DNA of 21,166 bases from Nanobdellota archaeon (GCA_034722435.1 JAYENX010000031.1:9071-30236); one strand, 5' to 3'. Shown: positions 1 to 8,492, numbered from the stretch's first letter. Program-made: numbers and translations. The notes: a model not told the origin generated them from the sequence alone.

Positions 1-2064
1 CGGACTTAGACCTGCGTTGATTAAAGTTCCGTTGTTATAAAGTTCAATGTATCCTATAATCGGACTGACCAGGGTTGCATTCAGATCTGCGAAGTCGTTT
101 AAATCTAATACAATATCCCCATCAACATTGTTCAATGAAAGATTTACTTCTGAAGTTGCCTTTGCAATTGTCATTAGGTTAGATGTTTGTGCAGAAGTGT
201 AGTTCTCAGTTGTTGTAACATTACAAGTATAATTGTAGATTCCAGCTCCCAATATAGTTTGGTGAGGATTGGAAACTAATGTTCCGTCAAGGTAAAGTTG
301 TGGTGTAACTTGTAATGTGTTGGCTGTACAATTAACAGTAGTTTGAGTGCCGTAAATTTCTGACCAAGAAGGATTTGCTTCTAAGGTTAGTACAGGTGTA
401 GCTTTGTTGATGACGTAAAGCCAAGCATCAGTTTCGTTTAAGTTGTTAAGAGAGTCGTTGGAATATTCTCGCCAAGTATAAGTTCCTGCAGCAAGATCTG
501 AATAAGTGTAATAAAATTCTGAACCGATAGAGGTTACGATAGTAGTGTTGGTTAGAGTGCCTCCGAAGTCGTGTTCAATAATTACTGCGTCAAGTCCAAC
601 TCCAGTATCTGTCCAGGTTACATTAAATTCGTAAGATTGGCCAGAGGAATAGGTTACAAGGCTTATTGGAGATGTTAAATTATTTGACCATTGCGGTGCT
701 TGAGTGTCAACTGTGAAAGTTCTGGTTTCGCTGGTGTTGGTATTACAAGAATCATCAGTACAACTAAGGTTCCAGGAATGTAAGCCATCATTAAAACCAA
801 GCACAATTTGGGTGGTTGGTGTGGCATTAATAGTTGAAATATCAGTTACATTAATCAAACCGTCAATTGTTAGATTACAAAACATAGTAGTTGTAGAGTC
901 ATCAACAGATGTCCAGTTGAATAAAATGCTTGTATCAGAAGTGTTGTAGTAATTAATAGGATAGTTCAAGTCGACTGCAGGAGGGTTGTCGGAAAGAACG
1001 TTAATAAAATGAGTTTCAAAGGATTCAGTATAATTTTCAGTTGCAGGATAGTGAGCAGTAATATTATAAGAACCGCTCTCGTTAAATTCAGTGTAATTGT
1101 TAAGCGGACTTAGACCTGCGTTGATTAAAGTTCCGTTGTTGTAGATCTCGATATATCCAGCTAATGGAGTTACAAGGGTTGCGTTGATGTCAATAAAATC
1201 GCAACTATTAGCAATAATATCCCCATCAACATTGTTCAATGAAAGATTTACTTCTGAAGTTGCCTTTGCAATTGTCATTAGGTTAGATGTTTGTGCAGAA
1301 GTGTAGTTCTCAGTTGTTGTAACATTACAAGTATAATTGTAGATTCCAGCTCCCAATATAGTTTGGTGAGGATTGGAAACTAATGTTCCGTCAAGGTAAA
1401 GTTGTGGTGTAACTTGTAATGTGTTGGCTGTACAATTAACAGTAGTTTGAGTGCCGTAAATTTCTGACCAAGAAGGATTTGCTTCTAAGGTTAGTACAGG
1501 TGTAGCTTTGTTGATGACGTAAAGCCAAGCATCAGTTTCGTTTAAGTTGTTAAGAGAGTCGTTGGAATATTCTCGCCAAGTATAAGTTCCTGCAGCAAGA
1601 TCTGAATAAGTGTAATAAAATTCTGAACCGATAGAGGTTACGATAGTAGTGTTGGTTAGAGTGCCTCCGAAGTCGTGTTCAATAATTACTGCGTCAAGTC
1701 CAACTCCAGTATCTGTCCAGGTTACATTAAATTCGTAAGATTGGCCAGAGGAATAGGTTACAAGGCTTATTGGAGATGTTAAATTATTTGACCATTGCGG
1801 TGCTTGAGTGTCAACTGTGAAAGTTCTGGTTTCGCTGGTGTTGGTATTACAAGAATCATCAGTACAACTAAGGTTCCAGGAATGTAAGCCATCATTAAAA
1901 CCAAGCACAATTTGGGTGGTTGGTGTGGCATTAATAGTTGAAATGTCAGTTATATTAATCAAACCGTCAATTGTTAGATTACAAAACATAGTAGTTGTAG
2001 AGTCATCAACAGATGTCCAGTTGAATAAAATGCTTGTATCAGAAGTGTTGTAGTAATTAATAGG
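1..2064. repeat. Intragenic tandem duplication with 1104-bp (368-aa) period; 112-960 is near-identical to 1216-2064
   Basis: By-eye comparison: 1-36 = 1105-1140; 37-111 diverged from 1141-1215; 112-960 vs 1216-2064 differ at only two sites I could find (841/1945 and 849/1953). Confidence 0.95.
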
Positions 2065-5000
2065 GTAATTTAGATTAACCTCGGGTGCAAATGTATCAAC
2101 AGAAGTTATAGTGACATCATCAGTTAATGTTATAGTTTGTCCACCTGTACAAGTGACATTGTATTCAAATATGTTTGCTGTAGCAAAAGTCCTATTATAT
2201 TCGTACAATAAAGAGGTTGCATTGTAAACCATAGGCTGGTCTATTAAATCGTTAAAAGTAATTGTACATGTGCCAATAATTGGTTCAGCTTTATTTAGAG
2301 TAGTGTAATTAGCATAGAATGCGACTAAACTATCAGTATACTTTGTTAAATTATCCTTATCAGTATCAGTCTGGTCCCAAATCTCAAGTTGCGAATTCCC
2401 TACAGTTGTATAATTACTGAAATGCGTTACATTGAAAATAGCAGTACCTGTTGCAATGTCGAAAGTTACATCTGAGCAAGTTTCGTTACACCAAATGCCG
2501 TCTACATATACCAAAGGTGCGAAATCCCACGTTAAACCACGCATTACGATTTCAGCGGATGCATTAAAAGAGTCGTCAAGACCAAATTCAATTTCTACTA
2601 AGTTGTATGTAAGGTTAACACTGACATCGAAGTCGATAGATGAAGCATCAACACAGTCCCACCATCTAATTCTGTCATCAACAGCATCTAAGATTGCAGT
2701 TCCGTCACAGACATTTGTAATGTCCGGAACATCATTCCAATCAGTAGTGTTACCCGTAAATGTTGTAGTGTTTATGGTTACAGCAGCAGTTGTATTGACT
2801 AAGAATGATCTTGTTATAGTTTGGTTGTAATTCATACTATCGTATGAAATGATTGTCCAATTGTAGTAACCGTCTGAAAGTTCATTAACTTCGAACAGAG
2901 TTTCGTTATAAATACCGCTGATTGATTGTGTTTGGTTAATCACTCCGTTGATATAAAGTTCTATGGATTGTAGTGCATTATCATCAGTGGATGTTATGTT
3001 GAAAGAGACATTTCCATTTACGTCGACAGCATTATCTCCAGGATAATGAATAGTCATTGATGGAGGTGTATCATCGCTTCCTATGAAATAGGTGGTGACT
3101 GAATCGTTAAGATTGCCTGCGACATCTCTTATAAAGAATGTTACATTGTATTGACCGTCTAGTTCACCAAGTGTGAAAGTTGTATTATATTTATCACCCA
3201 CGGCATTTTCAAGGAATACATAAGTTATGTTACCTTCGGGGTCAACAACTTCTGCTTCTACAAGTTCTGTCAAAAGTATATCGTCACTTGCATAAACTGC
3301 GAGTTCGATTGTTGTGTTGTAACCGTAGATTGAACCAGGTTGTGGAGATATCAATGTTGCGCTAGGAGGTACGTAGTCTGTCAAGTTGAAAGTTCTTCTT
3401 GAAATCTCTGCGTCAGTTGAAGAGTCGTATACAAATATTGTCCAAACACCAGGGTATGTTGTTGAGTTTGTTATAATCAGGTCATCAGCATTACCTGAAC
3501 CGTCAACAGTGATGTTAGGGCTTATCCGGACATAATTAATACCGTCGAACCATGCAAAGTATACTTCGCTTAGACCTTGCAAGTAGAATGCTTTTGCATA
3601 TACTGTGCTATAAATTGCAAAAACATCTTGAAGATTGGTTCTTCCAGAGTCGTTGTATAACGCAACACCTCGAGGTGTATTATTTATTGTTGCGGTTTTA
3701 AAGACTGTTGAATCAAGTGATGAGTTAGCGTAGATATAAGTTATCTCATCCATACCCATAGGGGCGTCATTAGGAACAACCACCTTCAGGAAGATTTTTT
3801 CCAGGTCACCAAGTTGTTCTAGTAAAATGTCAGCATAACCGTCTGAATTAGAGTCTTCAAGAGGTGCATAGTACTTATCTAGGAATGTTTTTTCCCAACC
3901 TAAAGTATCAGTATATTGTAGATTGATATAGTCTGGTTCATACCAGTTATTTGTGATATTAAATTCGTAGTAATGTATTGAACCAGCTGTGACTGTTTCA
4001 TTGTAACCAGAAGGTTCTAAGATTAGCCTGTCGTAGACAGTTGAGTTTGCATATGAAGTGTCAAAAATACTAGGATCGGCTGATGAGTTTATCTGGATAC
4101 TTGTTGAGTCATTTGTTCCAATTACAGCAGCCACCGGCACCTCAACCAATAACTCTATTTTTTTAGATTGCAATGGTTCAAGTAAACCAGTATCAACAAA
4201 ACCGTCTGCATTCGTGTCAGTAAGCAGACTGTTGTTATAGTAGATATAAGTGTTCCACGCATTAGATGAAAGTGAGTATATATTTATAGTATCTGAGATT
4301 GCCTGGTAATTATAAATTGTGTAATTCACAGATATGTTCATGTTCTGCGATGTACTTACAGTATATAATTTAGGAAGTATTGCTATATTATTAATAGTTG
4401 TTGTATCAATTACTGTGCTAGTATAATTACTTGCCTGACCTGTGATATTAGTTGTATCAATTGTACCAGTAGATACAACTGAAGGTACAGTTATTTCTAC
4501 TATCAAAGTTGTGTATTCTTGGACGTCTAGAGTAATATCAGGAATTCCGTTTCCGTTTGTATCAGTAACTTCAGTTTCTGATGAATCCGGGTAGTGTAAT
4601 TTCACATCCCATCCTTGAGATGATATGTTGTAAAGATCGATAGTTGACTGTACATTACCACAGTTCATCAAATCGTGCGCATAGTAAACAATAGTTCCGT
4701 TAGTTGTTGCTTTTTCATTATCAGGTTTGAATAAGAACGCAGTACTAGTTGGAGTAAGAAGTTCTCCAATATTATCAGTAAGCTGGTCAGGCAGATTTCC
4801 TCCGGAACCTCTCGCTGCAGCACCTTTAAAATTTATAGATGTAATTCCAGACAATCCTAAGTCTGACCATAATACTTTAGTTTCAAGTTCTACACCAGAT
4901 TCTGCACCACCAAGAACTTTGGATTCTAATATTCTTGAGTTAGTGATTGAACCAGGCATGTTATAACCATCTCCAAACATCTGGTCACCTGGTGAAACTG

Positions 5001-6951
5001 CAGGAACATAATCATATAGATAAGAAGTGTAAAGTTGATTTGAACCTGACCAAACAAAGTTAAGCACATCATCAGTTGCATTCATATAACCATCTCTATC
5101 ATAATCAAGATATACCAACATAGCTATCTGGTTTGAACCTGAAGCTAGTCTTCCAAAATAGAAGTATAGATTAGTTTCGTCGTATGTGTACGCGAATTTA
5201 ATCATATCCCTATCCGCAGTGTCAACAGAGTCTGCATCTCCTGTTAAAGCACTAGGATCTGTGACGTAGTTAAGTGGGTTTGATAACACAGATTGCCAGT
5301 CTGCTAAATCTCCATCAGGAGTAACAGTTACTGAAGTAATGCCTGAACCATCCCCTAATTCTGAGCAACTAGGAGTTACGTTATCAATAACGTTAAGATA
5401 AACTGTGCTGTCGTATAAAGTAGAACTTCCAGTTTCGTTATACAATAATGTATAATTCCAATTACCAAGGAAATGTGTCCGAGGTTCGTAAATAATTAAC
5501 TGTTCAGGACCTACCCAAGATTTAGGACCCTCTACTAAAGTTCCGTTTCTTTCAATATAATAATAACCGCCTGAACCTGACAAGGTCCATTCTAGAGTTG
5601 TTTCTTCACCAATCTCAACAGTTTGGTCATCTGGCTGAGTAATGTTCAAAGGTGGTGCGCCAGTGTAAGTTACATTGAAATAAAGTACATCCCAGTAAGC
5701 AGTCTCAGTAGTATCGGCCCCTGCAGGAGTTCTGTCAATCTCTGATTTTGCTAAAGCTCTTGTTCCAGTAGTGTTAAAAAAACTATCGCAAGTCCAGGTT
5801 TCAAGAGTGGTTATGTTTGTACACGTAACTCCCGGATTGGTAGTTATACCTGGACAAACAGTTGAAGCTGCAGTATAAGATACGCCGCCATCGGCATCTA
5901 CCGAAATGTCACATGATTGACCATTTGCAACATCAACCCACCATTCATAACAAATAAATACCTCGTCAATCGATTCACAAAAATCTACTGATGTATCTAC
6001 AGATTCAATTCTAACACCTGCGTAAACACTTTTACCATAAGTGTGAGCCTCTGTTACTCCGTCATCAGATTCAAGATATCCCCCATTTGTTTCGTTACAG
6101 GCTATGTTGAAAGTACCTAATGCTTGCCGGTCTTCAGCTGAGCAAGTGCTTACAGTCTCTGCAAAACCCGGATCGTCAGGCGTTAAGATGAATGTATATT
6201 CTTGACCAGGAATAAGCCCTGTTTGAAATAGAACCCATTCACCATAACAGTGTTGCTCGTCAAAGTTCCAATCTTTACATTTGTAAAGTTCTGTGCCAGT
6301 AGCAGTTACTGTAACTGTTGCTTCAGTAAATTTTGAAGGAGTTGGATCGATTGAATAAACTTTTTTATATTTTCCAAACGGCTCAACATCTTCAACTTTG
6401 ACCAATCCCGCAGTATTTTTTGAAACTTCCACACCTTTGAACTCAATCTTTTTTACGTGTTTATTATTTATATCAACATCAATATTGTATTTACCTTTTG
6501 TAAGTTGAGTATTTGAAAGGCCCGTTGTTTGAATAATAAAATTGTTGTTTTTATCTTTAACAGTTATCAAAGCATCCACTCTTTTTTGTTTACTGTCTTT
6601 AACTATTAATGAAGTTTTAAGAATAACAGGTTCGGAAGAAGCATCAGAAAAACTCGCTTCTTCAATAATTATTTCTGTAATATTGTTAATGGTTAAATTA
6701 TTAATAGTTAATTCTAAAGATTCATTGATTGATTCAATAAGAGTTTTATTTAATGATTGGTTCAAGATTAAACTTAAAGTTTCATCAGTAGTGTTTATAG
6801 TTTCATTAATAGTAACATTTCCGTTTTCAACAAAGAAACCAGTGATTGAAGGACTGTTACTGATAAAGATTGCTATAACTAATAATGCCAAGAATGGTGC
6901 AAGATTTAAGAAGACTTTTTTCAAGTTCCCATCGTTAGAATTCCGAGTCAT
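1..6951 (-). CDS. Giant secreted/surface multi-Ig-domain protein, >=2317 aa; partial, C-terminus runs off the left edge
   Basis: ATG at 6951 overlaps the upstream TGA (ATGA). Begins MTRNSNDGNLKKVFLNLAPFLALLVIAIFISNSPSITGFFV (N-terminal TM/signal). Stretches I translated (6951-6840, 6180-5880, 5340-5280, 5220-5160, 4920-4860, 2520-2400, 1220-1) are all open in one frame. The ORF track lists no stop-terminated ORF in this frame. Many N-x-S/T sequons and repeated beta-sandwich units. Confidence 0.93.
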   Translation of the reverse strand, partial: MTRNSNDGNLKKVFLNLAPFLALLVIAIFISNSPSITGFFVENGNVTINETINTTDETLSLILNQSLNKTLIESINESLELTINNLTINNITEIIIEEASFSDASSEPVILKTSLIVKDSKQKRVDALITVKDKNNNFIIQTTGLSNTQLTKGKYNIDVDINNKHVKKIEFKGVEVSKNTAGLVKVEDVEPFGKYKKVYSIDPTPSKFTEATVTVTATGTELYKCKDWNFDEQHCYGEWVLFQTGLIPGQEYTFILTPDDPGFAETVSTCSAEDRQALGTFNIACNETNGGYLESDDGVTEAHTYGKSVYAGVRIESVDTSVDFCESIDEVFICYEWWVDVANGQSCDISVDADGGVSYTAASTVCPGITTNPGVTCTNITTLETWTCDSFFNTTGTRALAKSEIDRTPAGADTTETAYWDVLYFNVTYTGAPPLNITQPDDQTVEIGEETTLEWTLSGSGGYYYIERNGTLVEGPKSWVGPEQLIIYEPRTHFLGNWNYTLLYNETGSSTLYDSTVYLNVIDNVTPSCSELGDGSGITSVTVTPDGDLADWQSVLSNPLNYVTDPSALTGDADSVDTADRDMIKFAYTYDETNLYFYFGRLASGSNQIAMLVYLDYDRDGYMNATDDVLNFVWSGSNQLYTSYLYDYVPAVSPGDQMFGDGYNMPGSITNSRILESKVLGGAESGVELETKVLWSDLGLSGITSINFKGAAARGSGGNLPDQLTDNIGELLTPTSTAFLFKPDNEKATTNGTIVYYAHDLMNCGNVQSTIDLYNISSQGWDVKLHYPDSSETEVTDTNGNGIPDITLDVQEYTTLIVEITVPSVVSTGTIDTTNITGQASNYTSTVIDTTTINNIAILPKLYTVSTSQNMNISVNYTIYNYQAISDTINIYSLSSNAWNTYIYYNNSLLTDTNADGFVDTGLLEPLQSKKIELLVEVPVAAVIGTNDSTSIQINSSADPSIFDTSYANSTVYDRLILEPSGYNETVTAGSIHYYEFNITNNWYEPDYINLQYTDTLGWEKTFLDKYYAPLEDSNSDGYADILLEQLGDLEKIFLKVVVPNDAPMGMDEITYIYANSSLDSTVFKTATINNTPRGVALYNDSGRTNLQDVFAIYSTVYAKAFYLQGLSEVYFAWFDGINYVRISPNITVDGSGNADDLIITNSTTYPGVWTIFVYDSSTDAEISRRTFNLTDYVPPSATLISPQPGSIYGYNTTIELAVYASDDILLTELVEAEVVDPEGNITYVFLENAVGDKYNTTFTLGELDGQYNVTFFIRDVAGNLNDSVTTYFIGSDDTPPSMTIHYPGDNAVDVNGNVSFNITSTDDNALQSIELYINGVINQTQSISGIYNETLFEVNELSDGYYNWTIISYDSMNYNQTITRSFLVNTTAAVTINTTTFTGNTTDWNDVPDITNVCDGTAILDAVDDRIRWWDCVDASSIDFDVSVNLTYNLVEIEFGLDDSFNASAEIVMRGLTWDFAPLVYVDGIWCNETCSDVTFDIATGTAIFNVTHFSNYTTVGNSQLEIWDQTDTDKDNLTKYTDSLVAFYANYTTLNKAEPIIGTCTITFNDLIDQPMVYNATSLLYEYNRTFATANIFEYNVTCTGGQTITLTDDVTITSVDTFAPEVNLNYPINYYNTSDTSILFNWTSVDDSTTTMFCNLTIDGLINITDISTINATPTTQIVLGFNDGLHSWNLSCTDDSCNTNTSETRTFTVDTQAPQWSNNLTSPISLVTYSSGQSYEFNVTWTDTGVGLDAVIIEHDFGGTLTNTTIVTSIGSEFYYTYSDLAAGTYTWREYSNDSLNNLNETDAWLYVINKATPVLTLEANPSWSEIYGTQTTVNCTANTLQVTPQLYLDGTLVSNPHQTILGAGIYNYTCNVTTTENYTSAQTSNLMTIAKATSEVNLSLNNVDGDIIANSCDFIDINATLVTPLAGYIEIYNNGTLINAGLSPLNNYTEFNESGSYNITAHYPATENYTESFETHFINVLSDNPPAVDLNYPINYYNTSDTSILFNWTSVDDSTTTMFCNLTIDGLINVTDISTINATPTTQIVLGFNDGLHSWNLSCTDDSCNTNTSETRTFTVDTQAPQWSNNLTSPISLVTYSSGQSYEFNVTWTDTGVGLDAVIIEHDFGGTLTNTTIVTSIGSEFYYTYSDLAAGTYTWREYSNDSLNNLNETDAWLYVINKATPVLTLEANPSWSEIYGTQTTVNCTANTLQVTPQLYLDGTLVSNPHQTILGAGIYNYTCNVTTTENYTSAQTSNLMTIAKATSEVNLSLNNVDGDIVLDLNDFADLNATLVSPIIGYIELYNNGTLINAGLSP

Positions 6952-7247
6952 TTTCTAACGAATACCTCTCTTTTTTTAATAGGGCATTTCCAAATTTCAA
7001 AAAACTGGTCAAGGTCAGGTTCAAATTCTTTAGAAACCATTAGAACTGTTCGACCAAGATGGTCAACATTGAATCTTTTAACAACACCAGATTTACCATC
7101 ACGACCTTTAAGTGCATAGTAGAAACGAACTTTATCTTTCTTTTCTAGATGCAAAGTAGAATATGTATAAATAATAAACTCTCTAAGATTCGTTAATTTT
7201 TCACCTCTTTTTTCACTCAAGCTGTTAATTAAGTTAACACAAGACAT
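6948..7247 (-). CDS. Small basic cytoplasmic protein, possibly ferredoxin-like (Cas2/VapD-like) fold; start codon uncertain
   Basis: Core FIIYTYST..KVRFYYALKGRDG..GVV..LGRTVLMV..FFEIW..VFV fits a beta-alpha-beta-beta-alpha-beta pattern. No TM segment. Stop codon overlaps the giant gene's ATG. The track ATG (7247) overlaps a predicted TATA box. Confidence 0.8.
   Translation of the reverse strand: MSCVNLINSLSEKRGEKLTNLREFIIYTYSTLHLEKKDKVRFYYALKGRDGKSGVVKRFNVDHLGRTVLMVSKEFEPDLDQFFEIWKCPIKKREVFVRK
7223..7239. promoter_or_regulatory. Operator-like palindrome TGTTAA-n5-TTAACA containing TAACTTAATTAAC (minus strand)
   Basis: 6-bp arms just downstream of the TATA box. The 13-mer matches the RHH-operon operator arm at 12 of 13 positions. 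Confidence 0.45.
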
Positions 7248-7260
7248 ATTTAAAGGTTTC
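7247..7260 (-). promoter_or_regulatory. Archaeal BRE + TATA box for the small-gene/giant-gene operon
   Basis: Minus strand reads GAAACC-TTTAAATA (TATA at 7254-7247). Confidence 0.65.
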
Positions 7261-7585
7261 TATGTTACGAAAGAAACAACAAGACTTGAAAACAGAAAGA
7301 AAGTTAAATTAATTCACACAGAAAAACAACAAAAAGATATTCGTTAACCTATTTAACATAAAGAATATATGAAATAAATTAAAATCAAAAGAAAATGGTC
7401 TTTAAAATATACGTTTAACAATCCCATATTGAATAATTCTTCATATGTTTAAAAACATTGCGATTTAAAATTAATTGAAGAGTGTTATAGATGTAAAATT
7501 AATTAATTATTAAACATTTAGTAGCAATAAAATTAAAAGAAAAATTTGAATAGCATTTAGTAATGTTTTACTATGCCTGACATTT

Positions 7586-7600
7586 CCAAACATTTATATA
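7586..7600 (+). promoter_or_regulatory. BRE + TATA box for the 271-aa gene (leaderless geometry)
   Basis: CCAAACA-TTTATATA (TATA 7593-7600). ATG lies 25 nt downstream and no SD is present. Confidence 0.7.
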
Positions 7601-7625
7601 CATAAATAAGGTAAATTTATCGAAT

Positions 7626-8441
7626 ATGAGAAAAGAGGTAAGTACTCACACTTTAATAATAATATCAATATTCTTTGTTCTTATAGCAATCGCGGTAACT
7701 ATTTCTTTTTTATCAGAATATAATTTAGATTGGAATTCGGTCACAGGTAATGTAGTAGGATTAGCAGAGGTTGATGTTGTATGTTTAGTAGGAATTTCAA
7801 TGCCTGTTAATCACATTAATTTTGGTGCTGTTCCACAAAGTTATTTTGATGATACAACAGATAATAATCCTGAACCAATGATTATACAAAATGATGGAAG
7901 TATAAAAGTTGATGTTTCAATTGCAAGAGATGAGACTAGTACAGCTCTTTTTAGTGGAACAGGCGGAGGAGATAACACTTCAAGTTTTCAATTCAAAGCT
8001 GATTACTCTAATGAAACAGGAGCTTTTAATTATGCAGAATCTTTAACAGACTGGACATACGTGCCTGGAACTGATGGTTTGATTGCGATCACAGGTCTTA
8101 ATTATTCGGACAGTTATGATTCGGCTGAGATTGATCTTAAAATTCAAGTCCCTTATAATGAACCATTAGGTAAGAAAAACGAAACATTAAATTTTATTGC
8201 AACAGCTTCAGAAGGTGCAATATGCGGGGATGAAGATGGTAGTTGTAGAGATAAGTTTACAGAGTGCGCTGAAAGTTGTGCACCTCCAGATTCTAATTGT
8301 TATATCAGTTGCGGTCAAATCTTTGGAAGTTGCGTAAGTGTAAGTTGTACAGACCAATTACAAACTTGTAAAAATGATTGTACGGATGCTAATTGTAGAA
8401 CGGCATGTAACGTAGAGTTCAAAGAATGTACATCATTATAG
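7626..8441 (+). CDS. Exported pilin/WxL-like subunit with a Cys-rich C-terminal extension (candidate minor or tip subunit)
   Basis: N-terminal TM, then VTGNVVGLAEVDV, INFGAV..QNDG..VDVSI and IQVPYNEPLGKKNETLNFIA. Clear paralog of 8699-9283. 13-Cys tail. Confidence 0.9.
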   Translation: MRKEVSTHTLIIISIFFVLIAIAVTISFLSEYNLDWNSVTGNVVGLAEVDVVCLVGISMPVNHINFGAVPQSYFDDTTDNNPEPMIIQNDGSIKVDVSIARDETSTALFSGTGGGDNTSSFQFKADYSNETGAFNYAESLTDWTYVPGTDGLIAITGLNYSDSYDSAEIDLKIQVPYNEPLGKKNETLNFIATASEGAICGDEDGSCRDKFTECAESCAPPDSNCYISCGQIFGSCVSVSCTDQLQTCKNDCTDANCRTACNVEFKECTSL

Positions 8442-8484
8442 AAAAGTTTAAAAATTGAAATATAAATTAATATATAAAAGGAGG
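8441..8484 (+). promoter_or_regulatory. Internal promoter candidate and strong Shine-Dalgarno for the 69-aa gene
   Basis: GAAAAG-TTTAAAAA (8441-8454). AGGAGG at 8479-8484, 8 nt before the ATG at 8493. Confidence 0.6.
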
Positions 8485-8492
8485 ACATTAAG

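Noticed and set aside
37-111. Diversity-generating retroelement VR/TR pair (37-111 vs 1141-1215)
   Set aside because: Many differences are C/T synonymous changes rather than adenine-specific, and no reverse transcriptase is in the window.
6163-6174. DPGF as a PGF-CTERM archaeosortase signal
   Set aside because: It is internal and not followed by a TM helix and basic tail.
704-6958. Plus-strand ORFs 704-949, 1808-2053, 2432-2830, 3180-3365, 4058-4240, 4727-4966 and 6542-6958
   Set aside because: Antisense shadows of the giant minus-strand gene. The two near-identical 81-aa ORFs simply reflect the 1104-bp repeat.
6948-7247. Calling the small ORF cas2 or inferring a CRISPR locus
   Set aside because: No repeat-spacer array, no other cas genes, and no catalytic Asp motif.
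7261-7585. Hidden gene or ncRNA in the AT-rich divergent intergenic region
   Set aside because: No GC-rich stems, tRNA-like structure or convincing ORF seen by eye; treated as regulatory spacer.
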